NCBI GenBank assembly: GCA_050506795.1 | Contig: JBJHCF010000004.1 | Location: 1 to 64,000, forward strand | Direction of reading: 5' to 3' | Length of the DNA stretch: 64,000 bases | Source of the DNA: Opitutia bacterium | GTDB taxonomy: Bacteria > Verrucomicrobiota > Verrucomicrobiia > Opitutales > T3Sed10-336 | Shown: piece after piece, positions 55,232-63,501 of the stretch | How positions within the stretch are numbered: the stretch's first letter is position 1 | How the letters are laid out: each line of letters starts with the position of its first letter | The notes under the pieces: generated by a model | Seen by the model: the letters and a program-made list of their open reading frames with translations, nothing else | Databases searched by the model: none | What the model was told of the DNA's origin: nothing | Made by a program: the position numbers and the translations under genes

Positions 55232-56350
55232 TTAGTTGAACAGTTCCGGGGCCTCGGCCTGGGCCTTGGCGAAGATGGTGTCGAAGGTGGCGGCCGGGTG
55301 AGCGGCGCGGAGATCGTTCAGCTTTTTGAGCTGAAGGGCCTCCTGGTTCTGGACGGGGCCGGTGCCCGCATCGCGTGCGGTGACGATGGTCGCGAAGGCG
55401 GGATTGACCGGAAGGGCCTCCAGGGCCTGCACGGCTTTCCCTTCATCGCGGATGAGAGCGTCGACCCAAAAGGTCTTGGCGTTTTCGTCCTTTGGCGCGA
55501 CGCGGCCGGCCTGAATGGCGGCATCGACGCGGGCCTCGGCTTTGGCTCGGATGGCGTTGTCACGCTCGGTTTCGAGAGCGGTCAGGCGTTCCTTCGCCGC
55601 CGCGAGATCGGCGCTGCTGGATTGCAGCGCGGTAACTTTGGCTTTCACCTGGGCGATGATGTCGGCTTCCTCCGTGGCGGAGGCCTCGACCAGCCCGAGT
55701 GTCACCAGATTCTTCAGTAGTTCTTTCATGGTTACGTGGTCTTCAGTTGCGGGTTGTGGATCTTGTCCCTTGGCGAACAAGGGCTGGATTCGTTTGAAGG
55801 CGGCGCGGTTTACAAGTCCGCCCATGTTGGTTTCGCTCCCGATGACGCGGCCTGCGGCATCGAGGAGAAAAGTCGGAGAAAAGCGCCGAAAGGCGCGGTC
55901 CTGGATGGCTTTCTTGCCGACGCCGGACCATTCGATCTTGGCGCGAACGCCGCCGGTCTTCGGGTCGTCGCCTCCCCAGAAGATTTTGACCGGCCATGCC
56001 GCGGCCTCGCGGTCGTCGTGATTGAAGTCGAAGAAGGGCTTGTCCTCGGCCCCGGCTGCGGCCAGCGCAAGCTGGCGGGTTAGCCAATCGGAGAGCGCGG
56101 TTGCCGTGGCCTGGCTGACCTCCACGTCGAGTTCGACCGGTTTGCCGGCGCGGGAGGCGCGAATGCGGTGACGGCCGGGCGGCATGTATTGGATCTCTTC
56201 GGGAAGTTGGTCCTCGGCCGGCTCTGGAAGAGCGACGGAGAATGCAGCTTTTACGGGCTCGCCCTTGGGCGGCGCGTAGGCCATGACGCCGTCGGGGCCT
56301 TCGGTCCATCCGGGATTGGAGGTTGGGGAGTTGTGATCGTGTGCGGTCAT
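55232..56350 (-). CDS. Mu gpI-like prohead protease with C-terminal scaffold
   Basis: MPPG, DFNHD...AAAW, IEWS..G...I..RAFRRFSPTF, GGLVNRAAF; helical C-terminus VDAAIQAGRVAP. Confidence 0.85.
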   Translation of the reverse strand: MTAHDHNSPTSNPGWTEGPDGVMAYAPPKGEPVKAAFSVALPEPAEDQLPEEIQYMPPGRHRIRASRAGKPVELDVEVSQATATALSDWLTRQLALAAAGAEDKPFFDFNHDDREAAAWPVKIFWGGDDPKTGGVRAKIEWSGVGKKAIQDRAFRRFSPTFLLDAAGRVIGSETNMGGLVNRAAFKRIQPLFAKGQDPQPATEDHVTMKELLKNLVTLGLVEASATEEADIIAQVKAKVTALQSSSADLAAAKERLTALETERDNAIRAKAEARVDAAIQAGRVAPKDENAKTFWVDALIRDEGKAVQALEALPVNPAFATIVTARDAGTGPVQNQEALQLKKLNDLRAAHPAATFDTIFAKAQAEAPELFN

Positions 56351-56640
56351 TTCGGTTTCCAGATCAGAGCGATAGAACAGCGGCAGTTGGGATGAACGGG
56401 GGGAAAGCGTGTCCAATCCTTGCCGTAAAGAGTGCCGTGGAGAGCGCCGCATACAGAGCAAGTGCCTTCATCGAAGTCAGTGATCCAGACGTAGGTCTGG
56501 TTTGGATCGAGCGGAGGCGGCGGCTCGCCGTCGGGATAGGTGTAGAACCATCCGTCAGGGCCTTTAACCCAACCGGGATGGCGTTCCGATTCCCGAAGCG
56601 GTTCTTCCGCGTGTAGTGCTTGTTTGGCGACGTCATTCAT
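56347..56640 (-). CDS. Miniature Mu gpF/SPP1 gp7-like head morphogenesis protein
   Basis: W...D..TCSVCGALHG..Y...FPPVHPNCRCS; only 97 aa; coupled to neighbours. Confidence 0.75.
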   Translation of the reverse strand: MNDVAKQALHAEEPLRESERHPGWVKGPDGWFYTYPDGEPPPPLDPNQTYVWITDFDEGTCSVCGALHGTLYGKDWTRFPPVHPNCRCSIALIWKPK

Positions 56641-58019
56641 TCAGTCCCGGGTCGAGGGTGAAGGGATTTTGGATTTTCGATTGCGGATTGCGGATTTGGA
56701 TTCGCGGGTGGGTTGTAGAGCACGTCCTCTTTGCCTGGAGCGGGAACCTTGTGGCGTTCGTAGAGCCACTGGCGGGAGACCGGCAGGGCCATATCGACGA
56801 AGAGTAGCTTGTCGCGCTCGACGAGCTCCTTGTCACGGGTAAGGCGCGGGATCTCGACTTCGATGTAGGGAAGCTCTTCGAGGTCGCCGTAGTTGAGCTG
56901 GATGATGGCGGGAATGAGCTGGTGATTGAGAACCTCGGCGACGTGGTTGGCGTAGCCTTCAAAGAGGTCGAGTTCGACTTCGCGGTGAACGCGGCCAAGA
57001 GCTTGCGTGCCTCCGCTTGCGGGAGTGTCGGACGTGAGAGTCTGGCCGAGGAAAAGAAGGTCGCATGCCTTGTCGGCGATGATCATCAGGCGCTCGTTCG
57101 GATCAGTGGGACCGGCTACGCCCGGAACGATGCCGTTGGACATGATGTTGATGTCGGTCCCTTTCGGGAACGCTCCCCAGGCGGATGCTCCCATCTGCTG
57201 GAGCATGTTGGCGATCAGTTGAACCTGACTGTCGGGGATGTGCTCGTCGTAGGTGGCGTAGCGGAGCGGGATCCCGAAAAGCTCCGTTTTCGAAAGCATC
57301 CACTCATAGCCAAGGAGGCGACCGAGCCAGAGCGGAGCGAGGGCGCGAAGCTGGGCGCAGGCGCCGGGGTTCGGAATGGTCGGCGGAAAGACCGAGAGAA
57401 GGAACTTGTTCGGGTAGCGGTCAAACGAGTGTGCTTCGTGGCGGTTTCGCTCCGGGTATAGCATCAGCCGGCCGGCGTGGGGATTGTGCATCGAGATGTC
57501 GAAGCCGAGGCAGGAGTAAGGAACGCGGCGCGTGCCGGTCGGGAGGATGAGTCGGTCACGAATTGCCCAATCAACCTCCAGCACGGTGACGCCCACGGCG
57601 ATGGAATCGACGAGGTTGCTGATCGTTTGGGCGAGGTTGATCTTGTTTTCGGCGAGATTCGTCGCGCCGCCGTGGAGAGCGGTTTCGATGAGGGAGGCGC
57701 GTTCGATGGCGCTGGCGGTTGGCTCCTTCCCCTTCGGACTCCATGGCTGAATGTTCCATGGGAGCTTGGTGACACTGACCTTGATCTTGTTGAGGTTCGA
57801 CCGGAGGCGCGGCCAGGTGTCGAACATGATCGAGAAAAGCTCCTGCTGACGCTCAAGGTCTCCCTGCAGTCCGGCGTCGAGCATGGCGCCCATGGTGTCG
57901 GGGTCGATGGAGCGACCCGAGAATATGTGACGGAAATCGAGGCCGGAAGGCTGGATCACCGGCTTGAGGAGCTTCCGTGGAGCGGCGTCTTTGGCTTTCG
58001 TGAGAAACGGGATTCTCAT
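56637..58019 (-). CDS. Portal protein, Mu gp29/DUF935-like
   Basis: GDL..Q.ELF, G..VLEVDW, E.FG.P.R...Y, LGQTLTS...GG.QALG.VH.EV, LN.QLI. Confidence 0.88.
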   Translation of the reverse strand: MRIPFLTKAKDAAPRKLLKPVIQPSGLDFRHIFSGRSIDPDTMGAMLDAGLQGDLERQQELFSIMFDTWPRLRSNLNKIKVSVTKLPWNIQPWSPKGKEPTASAIERASLIETALHGGATNLAENKINLAQTISNLVDSIAVGVTVLEVDWAIRDRLILPTGTRRVPYSCLGFDISMHNPHAGRLMLYPERNRHEAHSFDRYPNKFLLSVFPPTIPNPGACAQLRALAPLWLGRLLGYEWMLSKTELFGIPLRYATYDEHIPDSQVQLIANMLQQMGASAWGAFPKGTDINIMSNGIVPGVAGPTDPNERLMIIADKACDLLFLGQTLTSDTPASGGTQALGRVHREVELDLFEGYANHVAEVLNHQLIPAIIQLNYGDLEELPYIEVEIPRLTRDKELVERDKLLFVDMALPVSRQWLYERHKVPAPGKEDVLYNPPANPNPQSAIENPKSLHPRPGTE

Positions 58020-59392
58020 CAGTTACGCCCTCCAAAGGTTGCGCCCGCCGTGTAGATCGAGCGGAAGCGGGTTGGCGTCGGGACGAACCGCGAGGGATTG
58101 CCGCCGATCTGGAAGGCGTTCGGTTTTGGCGCGGATCCGGTTCCGCCGTGGCGGGCTGCGGCATGCAGGGCCAACGCGAGGGCGGTGGAGCGGTCGGCGT
58201 GGCCGTCGGCCGTTCGTGCGGCGGTGTATCGAATGTTTCCGGACGGGGAAACGATCCGTTGCAGGCTGGCCAGATCGTCGCGCAAGCGTGCGTCGAGAGG
58301 GATTTTGATCGTGCCTTCCTGGAAGTGTTTCTTGGCGCGAATGAACAGCTCGCGTTTGCTCTCCGCAGAAAAGGTAACGGGGTCGAGCTTGTAGTCGCCG
58401 AGGGTATCGGCCAGGTGCTCGGAAATCGGTCCGCCGATACCCGTCGCGTCGATGGCGGAATAGGTGGCGCGTTGCAGGCGCGGCGTGAGAGCCGCTTCCT
58501 GCTCCGGGAAAGGGACGCCGTCGAGGATTAGGATTTCGCGGGTCCAGAACGTGCCGTTGACCGCTTCGACCGTCCAGCAAACGGTGAGGTCGCGCTTGCG
58601 GCCGATGTCGACGCCGACGAAAACTGGGTTTCCGGTGAGAGCGTTCCAATCGTGGGAAGCAGCGGAATCCTCGGCAGCAGTGATGAGATCGCGGGGGAAG
58701 ACCTGGGCGCTCTCTGCCATGAACTGGCACTCGAACTCCTGCGACCATCCATCAGGATCGTTCAAGTTGGCGCGAAGCTCGTCGATGTTGACGGCGAGTC
58801 CGGCCTCTGCCGCATCGTAGATGGTGGTTTTGTGACGGGAGAAGTCGGCTCCGTTTTCCCACAGGTCGAAGTATTTGTTGTTCATCCCGGCCGGCGTGGA
58901 GATCACGCGCAGCTTGAGCCGACCGCGAAGGGGATTGGTGATGATCGGATAAACCGCCCTCCAGATGTCCTCGGGCTTTTCGTGGAAGGCGAACTCGTCC
59001 AGGACGAGATTGCCGGAGTAGCCACGGGCGGTGGAGGGATTGGCCGGGAGCGCGATTAGACGAGCACCATTGGGAAAGCGGCACTGGCTGGCTTTCGTTT
59101 CGGGGCGGTATTCCTGGCCGGTTTCGAAGGAGATCGCATCGCAGAAGACGGCGGCGGCCTGGTGGACCTTGGCCATAAATTCGAGAGCCTGCCGTTCACC
59201 GGCGGAGAGGATCACCCAGTCGCCACCCGTTTCGAGTGCATCGGCGACGACCTCGAACGCGGTCGCGAGCGATCCGCCGATTTGCCGGGATTTGAGCCAG
59301 ATCTTGAAGCGGGTCCGGTCGTTGACCCAGCTGCGCTGATACGGGAGCAGGAGGTCGAAGGGAGATACCTTCAATTTCGGACGTTTGCTCAC
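58019..59392 (-). CDS. Terminase large subunit, Mu gp28-like
   Basis: LLPYQ..W, KSRQIGGS Walker A, LVLDEFAF Walker B, ISTP.G, GVDIGR..D, DATGIG, HADR. Confidence 0.92.
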   Translation of the reverse strand: MSKRPKLKVSPFDLLLPYQRSWVNDRTRFKIWLKSRQIGGSLATAFEVVADALETGGDWVILSAGERQALEFMAKVHQAAAVFCDAISFETGQEYRPETKASQCRFPNGARLIALPANPSTARGYSGNLVLDEFAFHEKPEDIWRAVYPIITNPLRGRLKLRVISTPAGMNNKYFDLWENGADFSRHKTTIYDAAEAGLAVNIDELRANLNDPDGWSQEFECQFMAESAQVFPRDLITAAEDSAASHDWNALTGNPVFVGVDIGRKRDLTVCWTVEAVNGTFWTREILILDGVPFPEQEAALTPRLQRATYSAIDATGIGGPISEHLADTLGDYKLDPVTFSAESKRELFIRAKKHFQEGTIKIPLDARLRDDLASLQRIVSPSGNIRYTAARTADGHADRSTALALALHAAARHGGTGSAPKPNAFQIGGNPSRFVPTPTRFRSIYTAGATFGGRN

Positions 59393-59889
59393 TCCTTAGC
59401 TCCTACTGCTCCAAGTCGGTCGCGCCAGCTTTGGAGAATTTCACGCTGGTCGGCCTGGTTGATGTTAACCTCGGTCTTGACGAGGGCCGTCGGGCGGTCG
59501 GCGTAGACGTCCGGCTTGTGGCTCTTGAGGAGGAAGATCAAGCAGGCGTCGGAAAACTTGCGCTTGTATCCACAAAGGTTGCCTTTGATGTCAAAGACCG
59601 GCTCTTCCCAGCCGTCGACCGCACGGCGATGGAGCTCCTGTTCGGCGGATTCGATCCGCTGGACGTTCTTAACGCGGTCGCGTTCAAGTTGGGCGGCCTG
59701 GAGGCGCGGCGTCAGTTCGGGGCGACGGGTGAGGTTCCTGTAGAAGTTGCGCGGATTTAAGCCCTCGCGCTCAATAGCTTCGTAGGTGGGTTGGCCGTCG
59801 AGGATGTTTGCGAGGACGCGATCAAAAAGCGCTTCCGAGAATTTCGAAAGCCTGCCGGCTCGTTTTGCTACTGCCGTTTGCCTTGCCAC
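59389..59889 (-). CDS. Terminase small subunit
   Basis: N-terminal HTH, E.EL.RRAVDGWEEPVF...YKRKFSD..LIFLLK..KP..Y; overlaps terL start. Confidence 0.75.
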   Translation of the reverse strand: MARQTAVAKRAGRLSKFSEALFDRVLANILDGQPTYEAIEREGLNPRNFYRNLTRRPELTPRLQAAQLERDRVKNVQRIESAEQELHRRAVDGWEEPVFDIKGNLCGYKRKFSDACLIFLLKSHKPDVYADRPTALVKTEVNINQADQREILQSWRDRLGAVGAKE

Positions 59890-60029
59890 GAATTAATGGC
59901 ATGACATACGGGGGGCTAGGACAACTTGGGAAGTTGTGTAAAAGTTGCTGGATTTAACTGTATTTGTGCACGGTCGCGAAAACCGGAAAGTTCGTGGCCA
60001 TGTTCAGGAGAAAAGGTAGGTTGTGTGTG

Positions 60030-60506
60030 ATGTCTGAAAAATCGAGCAGGTGTTGTGATGAGGCGTCCAAAGGTCCCTTCGATGAAGTTCTGGGCTGTCC
60101 TCGTTGTGGCCGCAAGGGTCGCCCGGTCTCCGAATTGACGGTAAAGCAGCAGGTAGCACCGGAACATTTGGAGGCGGCAAGCGGCGAAGGGAATCAGTTC
60201 TGCGGGACTCCGGATTGCGCGGTGGTGTATTTTGTCGCTGGGGGGCAGGTCTTCGAGCAGAAGGATCTACGGCAGAAAGTTGGGTTGAAGGACCGTTCAG
60301 ATCCGTCCCCGGTTTGCTACTGCTTTGGGTTTACAAGGAGGATGGTGGAAGATGAGGTTCGGTCGACTGGCAGGAGCACGATTCCGGACCGCATTGCCCG
60401 CGAAGTGAAGGCAGGAAACTGTGCGTGTGAGGCGCGGAATCCACAGGGGAGTTGTTGCCTTGGGAATGTGACGGCGGCGGTGAAAGAGGCGGAACGTGGG
60501 GGTTGA
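60030..60506 (+). CDS. CopZ-N-like Zn-binding/BFD-like [2Fe-2S] metallochaperone
   Basis: CPRCG, FCGTPDC.VVYF, PVCYCFG, CACEARNPQGSCCLGNV. Confidence 0.85.
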   Translation: MSEKSSRCCDEASKGPFDEVLGCPRCGRKGRPVSELTVKQQVAPEHLEAASGEGNQFCGTPDCAVVYFVAGGQVFEQKDLRQKVGLKDRSDPSPVCYCFGFTRRMVEDEVRSTGRSTIPDRIAREVKAGNCACEARNPQGSCCLGNVTAAVKEAERGG

Positions 60507-60509
60507 TCG

Positions 60510-62490
60510 TTGTTGGACCCTCGCGGGGCCATAAACGCCGCGACGTAAAAACGCGTGTAGAGGCGCGGAGCGCCGCTGGCAACGACGAGCGGGCGTTAGC
60601 CCGCGAGGAGGCGCAGCGAGGCCGTTGTCGGCCGAGCGGAGGCCGCGGGGCGAGGCCGCGGAACTGGGGGCGCGGAGCGCCTAGGCGTTCTATTGGCGCG
60701 GCGAAGCCGCTGGTGATTGCAGGCGCGATAGCGCCGTGCGAAGCTGCGAAGCAGCGTAGCGAAGGGCGCTGCCAGGGGCCGCCCCAGGCGCTGGCTGAGC
60801 CAGCGCGTCAGCGCGAGGCGAAACAGCGCGGGGCCACCGCGCCGGGAGGCGGGGGGAAGGCGCCCCTTCCATTCACATTAAGGGGCGCCGCCTGGCGTCG
60901 AGGAGATCAACGGTAGCGATAGCGAGTGAAACGGGGGAGGTTCGCGACGGCGAGGGTCGTGTGGCCGTTCCGCCGACCAGGGCGGGGGCTGGGGGATATA
61001 CTGATTTCAGGCCCCGAGCGAAGCGAGAGCGAATGCGTGGGCCGTGCAACGACGAGTCTTCGAGGAGGCGCAGGGAGCCTTAGCGACCGAAGTTCGCCCG
61101 GGTTAGGCGGGCGAAACTGGGGGCCGGTCCGGATAGCGGCTGGTGAGGGCTCTGCCACAGACGGGTCCCGGGTGGATGGGGTGAGCCCTCGCTGCCTGCG
61201 CCGGGGCGGCCTAGGCCCTACTCTACTGGAGCGAAGCGACAACTGACTCGAGCCCCCGGAGCGGAGCCGGAGCAGACGCCCAGTCCCGCAAGCGCACATG
61301 ATCATCATATGTCAAAAATCCGCCGGAAGAAGGAATACCTGGACTGATGGAGGAAAAGTGAACACGTCAGGATCTTCGGCATATGATCCTCATGTGCGGT
61401 CCCGCTTTTTGGGACGAACTGGAGGGAAGCAGGAAGCATGACACCGGCTTGCCGGTGGCGCGATGCCTGCGAGGGCGTCTGTTCCGGCGGAGCGGAGGGG
61501 GCTTTCCGGGGTTGGGTGTGAGTGAGCTTGCGAACGAACTGGTAGAAGTTTCGAGCGGGAGCGAGCGTCAGCCTTCCCGGCGATTGAGGGTCCAAAGCGG
61601 TCGGCAGCGCGTCGCCGGGGCGAGGCGGATGGGTTGGCGGAGGGCGTTTCCCGGCGTGGCGCTGCTGGTGACTTTCAGCGCCGGAAGGAGCGGTCTGAGG
61701 CGGAGTCTTCGGAGCCTCTGTCCGCGACTCGGCGCCAGAGGGGCGTTCGATTGCAACCGGGGCGAGCAGTCGCTGGCGGATGGTGACCAGAGCGTAACGG
61801 AGCGTCCGGCGTAGCGCAGGGTGGAGCGTAGGGGTGCAGTAGTCCGGTTGCCCGAAGGGTCGCGTAACACGAGGGGACGCGGTGAGCGAAGCCTGTCGCC
61901 GTTAGGCGTCTGGCGAAGCAGCGGCCAATCGTGTTACGCGCCGGACTTCTGCATCCCGAAGCGGAACCCGGAGCGGAGTCGGAAAGCGGCGTGGAGCGAC
62001 GGGAGCGATCGGCCAGCGTCTGCGGTTGGATTGTCCCGAACCGAGCGACCGGAACAGTCGCTCCGGATGCGAGGTATCGAGCAGAAGGAGTGTCTGTGGA
62101 GGGAGCGGCCGGATTACCCGTCAGGGTTGGCGAGGGCGTTCGATTGGAACGGGATCGAGCAGTCTCGGGCCCGCTGCGAGGGAGACCGGGCGAGCGATTA
62201 GCCGCCCAGGTTCGACTAAGCGAAGGGGCCGAGTCTGCGGTTGGATTGTCCGAGGACGAGCGACCGGAACAGTCGCTCTGGAGTGAGGAACGAATGGAGG
62301 AGCGTCTGTGGAGGGAGCGGGATTGCGCCCGTCAGGGGTGGGACGTTGACTTGCAACCGAATCGAGTGGTCGCTGAAGGAAGGGGCGGCGGCGCTAAGGG
62401 CCGTTGCTGCCTTTGGCAGCTGATGGCCCGTGCGGCGACGAACCGACCGGAAGCGTCCACGGTTGGATTACCCGGGGCCGTTCGCTCCGT
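60510..62490 (+). other. ~2 kb non-coding, highly structured region (ssDNA element or large ncRNA)
   Basis: No credible ORF; nested long-range inverted repeats, GNA-loop hairpins and a ~215-bp internal duplication. Confidence 0.7.
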
Positions 62491-62955
62491 TTATTGCACG
62501 CCGTGGCGGTTAGCCGCTTGCTCCTCGCGGGCATGTTCCGCGAAGCTATCGGCCAAAGCCAAGACCTCTTCCGGGGTTGGGCTTCTATCGGTTTCAGAGA
62601 AGGCCACCGGACATACCAGCCAGTGAACCGCACGCAAAAGATGGTCGGAGATGAGGGAGGCTGAGCGGCCACGAACCGCAAATTCCCCAGTGTTGAAAAG
62701 CTCCATGTGACGAGACAAATACGTGCAGACCGTGGCAATTGCCGAACCCCGCTCCAATCTGTCGATGTCGTTCGAGTAGGTCTCGTGCATGTAATCTCTG
62801 ATCTCGAGGACATCCGTTACATAATCACGCTTTGTTCCTTCCGGACAAGGACGCCTGACCGCTTCAAGATCTCTCACAAATTCGGAGAACGGATACTGGT
62901 AGCGCGAATTGGCCACTGCGGAGCTCTTCTGACTGTCGCTTTCTGCTCGATTCAT
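62491..62955 (-). CDS. Hypothetical protein
   Basis: 154 aa from MNRAESDS; protein-like composition; same strand as neighbours. Confidence 0.55.
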   Translation of the reverse strand: MNRAESDSQKSSAVANSRYQYPFSEFVRDLEAVRRPCPEGTKRDYVTDVLEIRDYMHETYSNDIDRLERGSAIATVCTYLSRHMELFNTGEFAVRGRSASLISDHLLRAVHWLVCPVAFSETDRSPTPEEVLALADSFAEHAREEQAANRHGVQ

Positions 62956-63016
62956 GCGGATTGAAGATGTGTCCCCTCGCGGGCAAGGCAAACCTTTGTT
63001 GAGGGCGCTGCAGCAA

Positions 63017-63289
63017 CTACAGGCGCTTGCGCCAATCGGGATTCCTGGCAATCCAGTCGAGGGCGGCGGCGAGCGTTGTGCGGTTGGCGGGCATTGGGAA
63101 GCCGGCTCTGCGCATTCGATAAACGTAGGTGGGATGATGTTTCAATTGCCAGGCCAGTTCCTTGGCAGTGAGCAAGGGTCCGGTCGTGAGGAGATCGACG
63201 GAATTGAGATTCTCCGCGTCCCGCTTCGTCGATGCGTGGCGTCGCTCGATAGAATTCTGGGCTTCGGATTTGAGATTGGAAGTGGTCAT
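63017..63289 (-). CDS. Small HTH DNA-binding protein (AlpA/excisionase-like)
   Basis: LLTAKELAWQLKHHPTYVYRMRRAGFPMP...ALDWI. Confidence 0.7.
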   Translation of the reverse strand: MTTSNLKSEAQNSIERRHASTKRDAENLNSVDLLTTGPLLTAKELAWQLKHHPTYVYRMRRAGFPMPANRTTLAAALDWIARNPDWRKRL

Positions 63290-63377
63290 TGCGAACTGGA
63301 GATTTGAGATTCGAGATTTTGGATTTGAGAAATGCCCTCTCTCGGAGGGTGGAATTGGAAAGTTCCCTGGCCAGTCT

Positions 63378-63469
63378 CGCGACAGTGACACTCCCCTAAA
63401 GGGGAGGTGTCATGTGTCGCGGTGACGGGTTTTGCGATGTGTCGCAATAGGTGTCGCGCAAAGTGTCGC
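63378..63469. promoter_or_regulatory. Putative replication origin: palindrome plus GTGTCGC iterons
   Basis: GTGTCGC at 63414, 63439, 63451 and 63463; imperfect inverted repeat 63378-63421. Confidence 0.65.
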
Positions 63470-63501
63470 GGAGAGTCTGGACGGAATTGATCGACCATGG
63501 C

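Noticed and set aside
60452..62626. ORFs of 100-231 aa across the structured region
   Set aside because: Arg/Gly/Ala-rich low-information translations overlapping in several frames, without motifs; the 231-aa ORF only mirrors the DNA duplication.
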